Virus record (IMG/VR): IMGVR_UViG_3300023171_000008
Coordinates: 38,558-102,557 of that record
Source: a virus
Direction: 5' to 3' (one strand)
Length of the DNA stretch: 64,000 bases
The notes below the pieces were generated by a model. It saw nothing but the letters and a program-made list of their open reading frames with translations. It had not been told where the DNA came from and searched no databases. Positions 40,045 through 50,880 of the stretch are shown piece by piece (the stretch's first letter is position 1; every line of letters begins with the position of its first letter). The translations under genes and the position numbers were made by a program.

Positions 40045-40106
40045 AAAAAATAAAATGACATACTTATTTATAGCACTTTTGGTATTACTCTTAATGGGAT
40101 TAGGAG

Positions 40107-40403
40107 ATGATTAAATATAGTTTAATAATAATATTTATAATAAGTCTTATTAGTTGTGATTATTTACCATCTAATAGAGATAAAAAGACGGATAATATTT
40201 ATAAACCTGGAGATACCTTATATATAGATACAACTAAAGTAGTAGTTGCTAAAATGGATGATTTTAAGGAATATAAAGCAAATAGATATTATTACTGGGT
40301 TAGAGTAATTGATACAGTAAGTAATAGATATGAAGTGAATGCTTTTCAGGCAGTAGAATATGAATTAACTAAAGAAATAAATTATGAAAGAAATATTGAT
40401 TGA
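40107..40403 (+). CDS. Putative lipoprotein
   Basis: Signal peptide with LISC lipobox. Confidence 0.55.
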   Translation: MIKYSLIIIFIISLISCDYLPSNRDKKTDNIYKPGDTLYIDTTKVVVAKMDDFKEYKANRYYYWVRVIDTVSNRYEVNAFQAVEYELTKEINYERNID

Positions 40404-40672
40404 GTTGATAGATGATTGTATTTATGTTAAAAAAATAATGTTAGTTCAAGAACAAAAAGTTAATGCTGTTAGAGAACAAAATTATAAATTAGCTTCTAAA
40501 TTCAGAACTAAAGAAACTGATTTATATTCTAAATTATTATCCATAGAACAGTTAGAAGAAATGAAAGTTAAACTATCTAAAGATTAAATTATGAAAAAGA
40601 ATGAAGAAGTGCATTACCTTGATGTAATGGATAATGACGGTTGGATGTCTAATGATGTAATTTGTAGTTGAT

Positions 40673-41470
40673 ATGAAACAGTATAAATTAATTAGAACTT
40701 TTAAAGATAGTCCACCATTAAATGCTTATACTAATATTAATACAAATAAGAATAATTGTATTATATATAAACCTAATGGTGAAATATTTTCAGATTCTTA
40801 TGGTTGGAGATGGGTTGAAGACTATCCTGAATTTTGGGAAGAAATAATTTCTAAAAATTATGAAATATTATTATTTATTGATAGTAAAGGAATATTAAGA
40901 AATGTTACAGGATTTGGTCAAAATTGGTATGATAGTAAATTCGATAAAATACATTCTGTTAAACGCCTAAGTGACGGTGAAATATTTTCTATTGGTGATA
41001 AAACAGGACTTACTAACGGTAATGGTTATAAATGTCCTATATTAAAATTTGAATTATCATATAATGAAAGTAGAGGTCATACAGAAAAATATCGTAATAG
41101 AGAAACTTTAAAATTTACTTTAGGTACAGGTTATGATAATAAAAATGAATGGGGTCCTTTTGAATTAGAATTATTAAGACCAATTCCTAAAAAGTTATTT
41201 ACTACTGAAGATAGTGTTAATATATTTGAAAATGATAAATATTATACAGTTAATGGTTTTTATAATATGTTTTCTTTTATATGTAAATCATCAGAAATTT
41301 CAGCATTAAATCCTAATGTAAAAAGATTTTCAACTAAAGAAGCTGCTGAAGATTATGTAATTATGAATAAACCTTGTTTAAGTGTTAATGACATAACGGA
41401 ATTATATAATACTTTTGTTAATGATTTTTATGTTAATCGTTTAAAGAAACTTGTAAAATCTAAATTATGA
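40673..41470 (+). CDS. Hypothetical protein sharing a module with 35369..36823
   Basis: YEIL...IHSVKRLSDGEIFSIGDK. Confidence 0.6.
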   Translation: MKQYKLIRTFKDSPPLNAYTNINTNKNNCIIYKPNGEIFSDSYGWRWVEDYPEFWEEIISKNYEILLFIDSKGILRNVTGFGQNWYDSKFDKIHSVKRLSDGEIFSIGDKTGLTNGNGYKCPILKFELSYNESRGHTEKYRNRETLKFTLGTGYDNKNEWGPFELELLRPIPKKLFTTEDSVNIFENDKYYTVNGFYNMFSFICKSSEISALNPNVKRFSTKEAAEDYVIMNKPCLSVNDITELYNTFVNDFYVNRLKKLVKSKL

Positions 41471-41590
41471 TATTATATTCAATAGGTTTTATATTTATAG
41501 TAATAATAATTGCTATATTTAAAACACACAGTAAGTTAGACAAAGAGGATAAAAAATACAGAAATAAAAATAACACAATGATATTTTAAT

Positions 41591-42229
41591 ATGGCAAATA
41601 GTTGTTCATATATAATAAACGGTAAAGAAACTATTGATACAATATGTTTTGCTACGTTTAGACAGAATCATAATGAAATGAAGATTATTATAGAGAAATC
41701 TAAATTTTCTGTAGATAAAGATTTAGTTAATGAATATCTTAAAGATTTAAGTAAAATATTTAATTTTACATTTATATTTGATGAACTTAAAGAACGATTT
41801 GAATTAGATTTATCTAATATTCCATATAGTTATTTTCAACAGAGAATATTGTTATCAATGTTTGTAAGATTTATATGGGAAGGTAATTATAATGTAAATC
41901 CTGATAAATATGAAGGTCCAGATTATGATAATTATTATAAAATATTACCAATATATTTTAACTTTAAGAAATATTATCCTAAGACTAATAGATTTAAACT
42001 ATTGTTAATATCATGTAATTGGTATTTATTAACTAAACCTAAGTTTAATTCAAATCATTTTTTGACTTATAGTTCTTATATGTGTAAATTAGATTTAGAT
42101 GTAAATAGTTTAAAACAACAAAGTATTAATGAATATTGTAAGGGAAATAAATTAGATTTTAACATAAGTAGTAATTTAGTTACAGAAGAAGATTATAGAA
42201 AATTTTATAAATTAATAATTAAACAATAA
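41591..42229 (+). CDS. Hypothetical protein
   Basis: ORF; distant similarity to 50239..50850. Confidence 0.55.
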   Translation: MANSCSYIINGKETIDTICFATFRQNHNEMKIIIEKSKFSVDKDLVNEYLKDLSKIFNFTFIFDELKERFELDLSNIPYSYFQQRILLSMFVRFIWEGNYNVNPDKYEGPDYDNYYKILPIYFNFKKYYPKTNRFKLLLISCNWYLLTKPKFNSNHFLTYSSYMCKLDLDVNSLKQQSINEYCKGNKLDFNISSNLVTEEDYRKFYKLIIKQ

Positions 42230-42806
42230 TAAATTATGAGAACAAGTAGTAACAACGTTAAATGGTTTTATAATAATGATGAAACACATTGTGTAATACA
42301 GGATAATAAAGGTAATGATTTAGCAACTGGTGTAACAACTAAATATGCTAAAGATAAACCTAATAAGATTTTAGGTAGAGATACATCATTCAGAAGAGCT
42401 ATGAATCAAGCTGCTGATCAAGAGATTGTATCTAAGAAAGATCGTAAAGAGATCTGGGAAACTTATAGAACAACTATTAAACAACCTGAATAATTGAAAG
42501 CAGTTGAAGCAAGGAATCTAGCGATACAAAATGGTGATGATATTTTAAAACCTATATTTATTAAAATTAAAGAAGCAGCTAGTTTAGGTAAATTATTTTT
42601 ATCTTTTGATAAAGATGAAATGACTGATGATATTTTATTACAGCTAATAAATAGAGATTATAATGTATCTCCAAGATTTCATACAGGTAGTAAAGCTAAA
42701 AATGTTACTGTAAGTTGGGAATAATAATAATTAATAGTATATCTTTACGAGAGTATTAAGAAAGGTCCAAGTCCTTTAGATGTACTATTAATTTTAATAA
42801 AATTAG

Positions 42807-42905
42807 ATGAATTACAATTGTCTTGAATGTAGTAAAGAAATAGATAGAATTCAATATTCAATAGGATATGGATTTTGTTTAGAATGTATAGAAAAAGATG
42901 TTTAA
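42807..42905 (+). CDS. 32-aa C4 zinc-finger microprotein
   Basis: MNYNCLECSKEIDRIQYSIGYGFCLECIEKDV; overlaps the next start codon. Confidence 0.55.
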   Translation: MNYNCLECSKEIDRIQYSIGYGFCLECIEKDV

Positions 42906-43260
42906 AAAAATATTTGTATTTGGTAGTAATACTCAAGGTAAACATGGTAAAGGTGCCGCATTATATGCTAAACAACATTATGGAGCTATTTATGGTCAAT
43001 CTAAGGGATTACAAGGTAATAGTTATGCTATTATAACTAAGGATTTAAGTAAAGGTCTTAGATCGATTGATTTAGATTATATTAAAGAACAAGTTGATGA
43101 ATTTATAGAATTTGCTAACAATTCAAATAAGAAATTCTTTGTATCAGCAATAGCATGTGGTTTAGCAGGTTATAGGGTATCTGAAATTGCACCAATGTTT
43201 AATAATATTCCTGATAATGTAGAATTATGTGATGATTTTAAATGGTATTTGAATGGATAA
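42898..43260 (+). CDS. Macro-domain-like phage protein
   Basis: IFVFGSN..G.HG.GAA, GLQGNSYAI.T, IACGLAG..V.EIAPMF. Confidence 0.7.
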   Translation: MFKKIFVFGSNTQGKHGKGAALYAKQHYGAIYGQSKGLQGNSYAIITKDLSKGLRSIDLDYIKEQVDEFIEFANNSNKKFFVSAIACGLAGYRVSEIAPMFNNIPDNVELCDDFKWYLNG

Positions 43261-45190
43261 ACAATTGTATGATATTGAAGTATTTTGGAACTATTCATGT
43301 TGGGGATTAAAAGAATTAAATGTTGATAATAGATTATTCTTTGAAATATCAGAAGAACGTAATGATATTGATTTAGTATATAATTACTTTATTAATTTTA
43401 AAGGTTTTCTTATTAGTTTTAATGGAATTGCTTATGATAATATGGTTACTAAATATTTAATAATTAATTATAATAAATTAAGATATTTAAATTATTTAGA
43501 AATTAATAAACAGTTAAAACAATTTTCAGATAAACTTATTAATGGAGATTTTGATGATGAAATTAAAAGAATTAAATATTTTAAAATAGGTTGGACAGAT
43601 TTAGATATTTATTTATATTGGAGTAAAGGTTTAAGAATATCTAAACAGTTGTCTTTAAAAGCTTTGGGGATACAATTAGGTTATCATACTATTCAAGAAT
43701 TACCATATAAACCAGATACTATTTTAACTATTGATGATTTACCTAAACTTAGACATTATAATCAGGTTCATGATTTAGGAATTTTAGAATTATTAATTAA
43801 TAAAATGGATGAAGATATAAGATTAAGAGCTTATATTAAATCTGAATATGGTTTAGATTCATGGAGTTTAGATGCACCTAAAATTGCTTCTGAATATTTA
43901 TTAGAATATTATTGTAGTAATACCTATGATGGTAATTTACCATATTGGGAATATAAAAGTAATACTCGTAAAAATAGATATGTTCCTGAAGTATGGAGAA
44001 TAGGTAATTATTTACCTGAAGTTAAATTTAAAACTAAATTCTTTAATGATATTTATAATAAAATATCTAATGCTAATAGTAATGATAACTTTTTAGAAAA
44101 AATACCATTTTATCAAGGTGACCATGCAGTAATGTTATCTATTAGTCAAGGAGGGATTCATTCTGTTAATAATAACCAAATTTATGAAGAAGATAAGGAT
44201 TATTACATAATTGACGCAGATGTAGCGGGACTTTATCCAACGTTATTTAGACAATATAAATTTCTTAGAAAAGATTTACATATTATATTGAATAAATATA
44301 TACAAATGATTGATGATAGAACTGATGCTAAACGTAAAGGTGATAAAAAGAAAGATACTTTTCTAAAATTATGCAATAATGCATTTTCAGGATTAGTTGA
44401 TTCTGATGTAACATGGTTATATAGTCCTGAACATATATTAGCTTTAAGAGTTTTTGGTCAATTAATTCAATTACGTTTTATGGAAGAATTAAATTTCCAT
44501 GGAATTTATATTCTTTTTACGAATACGGATGGAACTTTATGTAAAGTACCTAAAAATAAGTTAAATGAATATCATCAAGTAGCTAAACAAATTTCTGAAG
44601 AATTTAAAATTGAATGGGAATTTGCCATTATAAAAGGTATATATTTTCAAAATACTAATTTTTATTTATCTAATATTATTGAAGAATACATGTTAAATGA
44701 TAATTTAGATAAGATTAATGTTAAAACTTCTGGTAAAATTAAACGTAAAGGTAAATCTTTTAGATATGGTAATGATATACCATTAGGTGATTCTACTGAT
44801 GAATTAGTAATTGCTAAAGCATTAGAAGCTTATTTTATTAATAAAGTTGAACCAAAAGATTTTATAACTAATCCTGATAAATATAATTTACATATATATG
44901 ATTATTGTAAATCTAATAAGGTATCTAAACAATATACAGTTTATTGGAACAATCAAATCCAACAAAACTTAAATAGATATTACTTTAGTAAACAAGCACC
45001 ATATCTTTATAAGAAAAAGAATACTAAACAAACATTAGATTCGATGAATGTTGGAGAAGGTGTTATATTATTTAATAATTATGAAGAAAAGCCTTGGAAA
45101 GATTATAAAATTAATTATAATTATTATATAAGTAAAACACAAGAAATTATAGATAAAATGAAGAATTTAAATCAATTAAAATTATTTTAA
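43253..45190 (+). CDS. polB: DNA polymerase, family B
   Basis: Exo YDIE, FNG..YD, YNQVHD; polymerase DVAGLYP, KLCNN, NTDG. Confidence 0.9.
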   Translation: MDKQLYDIEVFWNYSCWGLKELNVDNRLFFEISEERNDIDLVYNYFINFKGFLISFNGIAYDNMVTKYLIINYNKLRYLNYLEINKQLKQFSDKLINGDFDDEIKRIKYFKIGWTDLDIYLYWSKGLRISKQLSLKALGIQLGYHTIQELPYKPDTILTIDDLPKLRHYNQVHDLGILELLINKMDEDIRLRAYIKSEYGLDSWSLDAPKIASEYLLEYYCSNTYDGNLPYWEYKSNTRKNRYVPEVWRIGNYLPEVKFKTKFFNDIYNKISNANSNDNFLEKIPFYQGDHAVMLSISQGGIHSVNNNQIYEEDKDYYIIDADVAGLYPTLFRQYKFLRKDLHIILNKYIQMIDDRTDAKRKGDKKKDTFLKLCNNAFSGLVDSDVTWLYSPEHILALRVFGQLIQLRFMEELNFHGIYILFTNTDGTLCKVPKNKLNEYHQVAKQISEEFKIEWEFAIIKGIYFQNTNFYLSNIIEEYMLNDNLDKINVKTSGKIKRKGKSFRYGNDIPLGDSTDELVIAKALEAYFINKVEPKDFITNPDKYNLHIYDYCKSNKVSKQYTVYWNNQIQQNLNRYYFSKQAPYLYKKKNTKQTLDSMNVGEGVILFNNYEEKPWKDYKINYNYYISKTQEIIDKMKNLNQLKLF

Positions 45191-45343
45191 ATGGAAGATA
45201 GAGATACATTAAAACCAACTAACTGTGTTATTTGTGGTAAAGTAACATTTATTAGTTTAAATGATATTGGAAAATACGGTAGAAAATGTCCTAATTGTAG
45301 AAATAAAGAAAATACTAATTCTTATGGATTATTATTTGGATAA
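45191..45343 (+). CDS. 50-aa zinc-ribbon microprotein
   Basis: CVIC...CPNC; starts immediately after the polB stop. Confidence 0.55.
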   Translation: MEDRDTLKPTNCVICGKVTFISLNDIGKYGRKCPNCRNKENTNSYGLLFG

Positions 45344-46142
45344 ATACATAAATTATGAGTAAAATATTAACTGCAGAAGAATTTATAAATACAGAAAGTT
45401 TCTTCGAGTATGAAGAACTCTTGATTAAATTTGCTAAACTCCACATAGAAGCTTGTAAAAAAGAAATGTGTAAAAAGTTTGCAGATCAAATTGGTGGTAG
45501 AGAAGGTTGGGGTAATGAAATAATAATGTCAGTATATTCATTAGATAATATAAAATAATGAAAGAAATATGTGGATATAAAGGATTAGATGGTGAATTCT
45601 ATGAAAAGAAAGTAGATTGTGAAAAAGCTGATTTGAAGTATAGAATTGAAATTCTTGAAAGAAAATTAAATAATTTTAAAGTAATATTATCTGATTATTT
45701 ATTTAAAGATTATGACACTTACAAATTTCATAGATATGATGTGACTAGTGTATCTAAATATGTATTAGATAATATTGCTCAACTTGTATTAAGAGATTCT
45801 GAAATGTTTATATCTATTATTAAACAAAAAGACAAACTTAAAGATGATTTAGATGCTTTAAATAAGACTTTTAAAGAGGAATACGATAAACCTTGGTGGC
45901 TTAAGATAATTTGGTGGAAATAATTAAATAAACTATTATGAATATTAATGTAACTTCAGAATTACCTGTTTGTTTAGATTTGATAATTGACTGTTATAAA
46001 ACATATAATCCTATTATAATTAGTGAAAAGTTAGAAGAAGAATTTGACATACATTTAACTATAGATCAAGTTATAGATTACATGGAATTACATCAAAATA
46101 ATTATAAACTAATAAAAGAAGAAATGATTAAACAACAATATT

Positions 46143-46343
46143 ATGAATATTATTAATAATAAGATAGAATGTCCACATTGCTTGGCTGTCGGTACTATTA
46201 TGGAAGGTAAATCTACAGGTAGAGGATTTGAGTACATTACTTGTAAACTATGTCATGGAATTGGTACAGTAGATTCTATTATCAATGATGATTATATACT
46301 TTCGTTAGATGAAGATAACTTTATAGAAGATGAACAAATTTGA
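46143..46343 (+). CDS. DnaJ-type zinc-finger protein
   Basis: CPHCLAVG...CKLCHGIG. Confidence 0.65.
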   Translation: MNIINNKIECPHCLAVGTIMEGKSTGRGFEYITCKLCHGIGTVDSIINDDYILSLDEDNFIEDEQI

Positions 46344-46959
46344 AATTGATTTAGAATTACTTAAATCTAATAATGTAAGTTTAGTTCAATTTGTAACTTT
46401 AATTAATATTTATAATAATGAAACAGATTTTGGAGGTATTGATTATAACTTGGTTTTGTTACCACTCCAAGATAGATCATTTATTAAGATAGTTAAAGAT
46501 GATAAACTTAAACAGTTATATATTCTTAGAGAGAAAGGTAAATTATTTATTGAGAAATTTATAGTCGAACAAACTTATATTGATAAAAAGTTAATTGAAT
46601 TTAATGATAAATATTTAAAATCTGTACCTAATATATTATATAATACTTATCAATCATTTGATGACTTTGTAAACGAATATAGAGGTTTATTTAAGGGATT
46701 AAAACCTGGTAGTCAAGGTAATCTTCAATCTATTAAAGAAAAGTTGACTAAATGGCTTAAAAGTAATCCTGATAAGACTAAGGAAGACATAATTAGAGCT
46801 ACTAAATTGTATATTCATTCTGTAGATAATTTAAAGTATTTACAACAAGCTGATTATTTTATTTATAAGAAAGATGCTAACGGAATACGATCTAGATTAA
46901 GTGATTTTATTGATGAACAAGAACAACCTGAAAATGGCTGGACATCAACACTTCGCTGA
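46330..46959 (+). CDS. Replication initiator/organiser-like protein
   Basis: wHTH-like N-terminus plus II.ATK.YI...YLQQADYFIYK C-terminal domain; replication module. Confidence 0.5.
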   Translation: MNKFEIDLELLKSNNVSLVQFVTLINIYNNETDFGGIDYNLVLLPLQDRSFIKIVKDDKLKQLYILREKGKLFIEKFIVEQTYIDKKLIEFNDKYLKSVPNILYNTYQSFDDFVNEYRGLFKGLKPGSQGNLQSIKEKLTKWLKSNPDKTKEDIIRATKLYIHSVDNLKYLQQADYFIYKKDANGIRSRLSDFIDEQEQPENGWTSTLR

Positions 46960-47136
46960 TATGACAGATTTTAACACATTTTATAAGACTATCTATTATG
47001 TAAAAGATTATATTAAAGTACCATTATTAAATATGATGTTAGAGAATAAAGATTATATGAAATATGGTAAATTAAACCATGATAAAATTAAAAGTAAAAT
47101 GATGGAATTATATGAAGAAAATATAAGTAAATTTCA

Positions 47137-47592
47137 ATGAAGAAGATTTATATCGATGTAAAAGGTAAAAAGAAATTAATAGATTTTATTGAAGAATGTT
47201 TTAATACTAATAATGTTTATGGTGTAAAATATTTTAAACAAACTTATAAAGATATAAATCTGATTAATAAAGAATTTAAATCTGGTAGAAGAAGTTTTGA
47301 AGATATTAGAGATATAATTAAAACTAATTTTAGAAAAAATATTAGTGATAAAACTATTGCTAAAACTTTATATCAACTATATTTAGATGGTAAAATGTGT
47401 AGTTTATATTGTCCTGATGCAAGTAAATTAGTATTTTTTAATTGTAAATATGAACCTAATAAATACAAAATGATTTATAATACATTACTACCACCAAATG
47501 AAGATATAAGTGAGAAAGGTAAATCAGAATATTCATTGAAAGATATATTAGATTTAGCAGGATTTAAAGATAGATATAAAGTTAATGAGTGA
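47137..47592 (+). CDS. Hypothetical protein, tandem paralogue 1
   Basis: GRRSFEDI...LYCPD..K.VF. Confidence 0.6.
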   Translation: MKKIYIDVKGKKKLIDFIEECFNTNNVYGVKYFKQTYKDINLINKEFKSGRRSFEDIRDIIKTNFRKNISDKTIAKTLYQLYLDGKMCSLYCPDASKLVFFNCKYEPNKYKMIYNTLLPPNEDISEKGKSEYSLKDILDLAGFKDRYKVNE

Positions 47593-48154
47593 TTTAATAA
47601 TAGGTAAAGGACGTAGAAATAATTATATTTTTTATGGTAGTTTAGAAACTAAATTATTATTTGAAAGTACTCTTAATCACTATTATAATAATCAATTACT
47701 ATTTGGAAAAGTTGAAGAAAATAACAAAATAAATAATGAAATGACAGAAGTTTTATATGTAAAATTAACTGATGTACCTAAAACAGATACACGTAAGGAT
47801 TTTATTAGAAAGTTTATAAGAGGTAAGTTTGCTTCTTATAGTAATGAAGATTGTACTAAATTACAATGTGATAGCGGTAGATTTAGAAGTATTACTGAAC
47901 TACATCAAATAGTATTAAGTAGATTTCCTAAAACATCGTTTGAAGCTATTATTAGAATAGTTAGAGACTTGATTAATGAAGAAAATCCTTTTACAATGGT
48001 ATATTGCACTATAGTTGAGAAAGTAGTATTAAAGTATTTAGGTAAGGCTACTTCTAGTTATATATCTGATTATAGTCGTAATAATTATTATATTGTTAAA
48101 GGAACTGATGGATATTCGTTATGTGATTATGAACAATTAATTAATAAAATATAA
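47585..48154 (+). CDS. Hypothetical protein, tandem paralogue 2
   Basis: QCDSGRFRSITEL...VYCTIVEKVV. Confidence 0.6.
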   Translation: MSDLIIGKGRRNNYIFYGSLETKLLFESTLNHYYNNQLLFGKVEENNKINNEMTEVLYVKLTDVPKTDTRKDFIRKFIRGKFASYSNEDCTKLQCDSGRFRSITELHQIVLSRFPKTSFEAIIRIVRDLINEENPFTMVYCTIVEKVVLKYLGKATSSYISDYSRNNYYIVKGTDGYSLCDYEQLINKI

Positions 48155-48519
48155 TGTTAAACTATAGTAAAAAAGCTTTAGATAATAAAGAAATTTATTA
48201 TAAAAATCATAGATTAATTAAGTTTAAAGATGATAAGTATGAAGTAAAAAACTTAAATGATTTATTTCGTAAACTATTTAATAACAGTACTTCTAATGCT
48301 ACAATATATGTAGATAATGGATTTCACCATTGTGGAATTAATAGAGGTAGAAGTTATATAGACTGTTGGTTATTATGTAAATATTATTTACCTAATGTAA
48401 GTTATTATGAAATGTATCATGAACTTAGAGATTTAGTTCAATTAAGTAATTATGCACATTTTAGTGTATGTCCTACTATAGGTAGAAACAGGTTTAACGG
48501 ATTATTAAATATAAAATAA
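48154..48519 (+). CDS. Hypothetical protein, tandem paralogue 3
   Basis: HCGINRGRSYIDC...SVCPTIGR. Confidence 0.6.
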   Translation: MLNYSKKALDNKEIYYKNHRLIKFKDDKYEVKNLNDLFRKLFNNSTSNATIYVDNGFHHCGINRGRSYIDCWLLCKYYLPNVSYYEMYHELRDLVQLSNYAHFSVCPTIGRNRFNGLLNIK

Positions 48520-48527
48520 ATAAACAA

Positions 48528-49127
48528 ATGAAAGAAATTAAATGTGTTAAAACTAATGGTTATAAATTAACTGTTGATAATGTATATGAAGTTATTAAAT
48601 CTGAAGATGATTATTACTTCTTAATAAATGATAATGGTAAAACTGTTAGATATGGTAAATCGTTATTTGAAGAAGTTGAAGATGAAGTATTGGTAGTTGC
48701 TGAACCAATTAAACGTACTGAACAAGATATGATTGATAGTATTGTTTATATTGGCGATAATATTACATACAGAGATCTTAATGATAATGAAGTAGTTATT
48801 GATAACGTAATGAGTAATAGTGATACGGAAATATCATGTGGTATTAGTCAAATATATAATATCGATAATCAAATTGAAGAAATAACTGATAATTTACCTG
48901 AAGATGATGATTATCTTAATCTTCGTAAAGCATTAATAACTGCTGTAATTAAAGGTTTTGCTATTGATGATAAACATAAAACAATGTGGTTAATGAGTAC
49001 TGCGATTGAAAAACATACTGAAGAAGATTTAGCTACTTTTGATGAATTAGCAGGTACAGTTAGTCAAGATAAAGTTAATCCTAATAGTCATAATGTTATT
49101 AGGATGTGGGTATTTTATACTAATTAA
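48528..49127 (+). CDS. Hypothetical protein (SH3-like N-terminus; SCG/NPNS domain)
   Basis: LT...VYEV...NDNG N-terminus; ISCG and NPNSHNVI.MW. Confidence 0.55.
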   Translation: MKEIKCVKTNGYKLTVDNVYEVIKSEDDYYFLINDNGKTVRYGKSLFEEVEDEVLVVAEPIKRTEQDMIDSIVYIGDNITYRDLNDNEVVIDNVMSNSDTEISCGISQIYNIDNQIEEITDNLPEDDDYLNLRKALITAVIKGFAIDDKHKTMWLMSTAIEKHTEEDLATFDELAGTVSQDKVNPNSHNVIRMWVFYTN

Positions 49128-49136
49128 ATAATTTAA

Positions 49137-50234
49137 ATGAGTTTATTTGAAAGAACATTAAATTTTGTAAAAGAAAGACGTGATAGAATATTATCTGGTA
49201 AAATAAACTGTATTCCTTGGGGATTTCCTAGATTTGAAAAAGAATCTCCTGGAATTGAACAAGGTAAATATTATCTCATAACTGCCTCTTCAAAATCAGC
49301 TAAAACACAGCTTACAGACTGGTTATTTCTTTATAATGTAGTTCAACAAGTATTAGATAATAATTTAAATATTAGAATTAAGATTTTTTATTTTAGTCTT
49401 GAGATGTCTAAGGAAGAGAAGATGTTAGCATGTTTTTCAAATATACTTTATGTCAAAGAAAATATTAGAATTGCACCAAAAGATTTAAAATCAACTAGTT
49501 CTGAAAATCCTTTATCAGAAGATGTATTAAAAATATTAGATAAGTATAAACCTTATTTTGATAAGATTGAAGAAATAGTTGAATTTATTGATGATACACG
49601 GAATCCAACTGGTATTTATGACATAGTAAGGAAATATGCTTTAGCAAATGGTACTTTACATTATAGAAATATAGTGATAAAAGATGAAATTACTAAAGTT
49701 GAAGATTACTATGAACCTAATGATCCAGACGAATATGTAATGATTATAATTGATCATATTAGTCTTATTTCAACAGAACGTAGAAATGGTCAAATATTAT
49801 CATTACATGAAAGTATATCTGTATTATCATCAGATTATTTAATTAAACTTAGAAATAGATTTAAATATATTCCAGTAGTAATTCAACAACAAGCTTTAGC
49901 TGGAGAAAATCTTGAACATAAGAAATTAGGTAGTCTTAAACCATCTGCTGCTAACTTATCAGAAAATAAAACTACAATTAGAGATTGTAATATGGCAATA
50001 TCTATATTTAGTCCATTTAAACATGAAATTCCTGATTATTATGGATATGATATTACTAAATTACAGGATAATTCTAGATTTATTGAGATAATGGCATCTA
50101 GAGATGGTGGTGCAAATAGTGTATTTCCTTTATATTTTGATGGAGCTGTAAATTATTTTAGTGAATTACCACTCCCTAAAGATAAAGAAGGTATACTTAA
50201 AGTATATAATTATATAGACAAAATAAGAAAATAA
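49137..50234 (+). CDS. dnaB: DnaB-like replicative helicase
   Basis: Variant Walker A ASSKSAKT, YFSLEM, IIDHI, QQQ, RDG. Confidence 0.85.
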   Translation: MSLFERTLNFVKERRDRILSGKINCIPWGFPRFEKESPGIEQGKYYLITASSKSAKTQLTDWLFLYNVVQQVLDNNLNIRIKIFYFSLEMSKEEKMLACFSNILYVKENIRIAPKDLKSTSSENPLSEDVLKILDKYKPYFDKIEEIVEFIDDTRNPTGIYDIVRKYALANGTLHYRNIVIKDEITKVEDYYEPNDPDEYVMIIIDHISLISTERRNGQILSLHESISVLSSDYLIKLRNRFKYIPVVIQQQALAGENLEHKKLGSLKPSAANLSENKTTIRDCNMAISIFSPFKHEIPDYYGYDITKLQDNSRFIEIMASRDGGANSVFPLYFDGAVNYFSELPLPKDKEGILKVYNYIDKIRK

Positions 50235-50238
50235 CAAA

Positions 50239-50850
50239 ATGAGAAATTATAGATGTTACTTCTATTACAGAAGTAAAGATAATTTAATATTGTATCCTAG
50301 TAGTAATGAAGCTTGTTGGGCAGGAATTCGTGACAGAACTATTTATGAACCAAATGCTGATAAGTATGATTATTATAAAGAGACACTTTCTAAAGATTTA
50401 TATGATATTAATTACATTTATATCAAAGATTATATACAACCAGAAATTTCAGAAATAGATAGAAATAGAGTTATATATTTGATTAATAAAATTGTAGAAT
50501 GTAGTTATATTGTTATAGATAATGTTAAATATATTAAAGTTAAATTATTAGATAATTATGACTCAAATCTAATAATACTTAATATAATTAGAATGTTTTG
50601 GTATCATCCAGGTTATTTTAATATTACTCAATATTATAAAGATATACATAAACGTAGAACTAAAAATGAGGATTCTCTAAGTTTTATATTAAAATGTATT
50701 AAAGATAATGTTAGTGATACTAAAAATAAATTAACTGGTTATGAATCATATGGAGATCATTCTATAATAAGAAAAGGTATATTACTTAAAACTAGACAAG
50801 ATTTATTAAATTACAAAGGTACAAGTACAATAGAGTTTTTAACAACTTAA
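50239..50850 (+). CDS. Hypothetical protein
   Basis: ORF in the replication module. Confidence 0.55.
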   Translation: MRNYRCYFYYRSKDNLILYPSSNEACWAGIRDRTIYEPNADKYDYYKETLSKDLYDINYIYIKDYIQPEISEIDRNRVIYLINKIVECSYIVIDNVKYIKVKLLDNYDSNLIILNIIRMFWYHPGYFNITQYYKDIHKRRTKNEDSLSFILKCIKDNVSDTKNKLTGYESYGDHSIIRKGILLKTRQDLLNYKGTSTIEFLTT

Positions 50851-50880
50851 ATAGTGGTATATGGTGGTCGGATTGAATGA

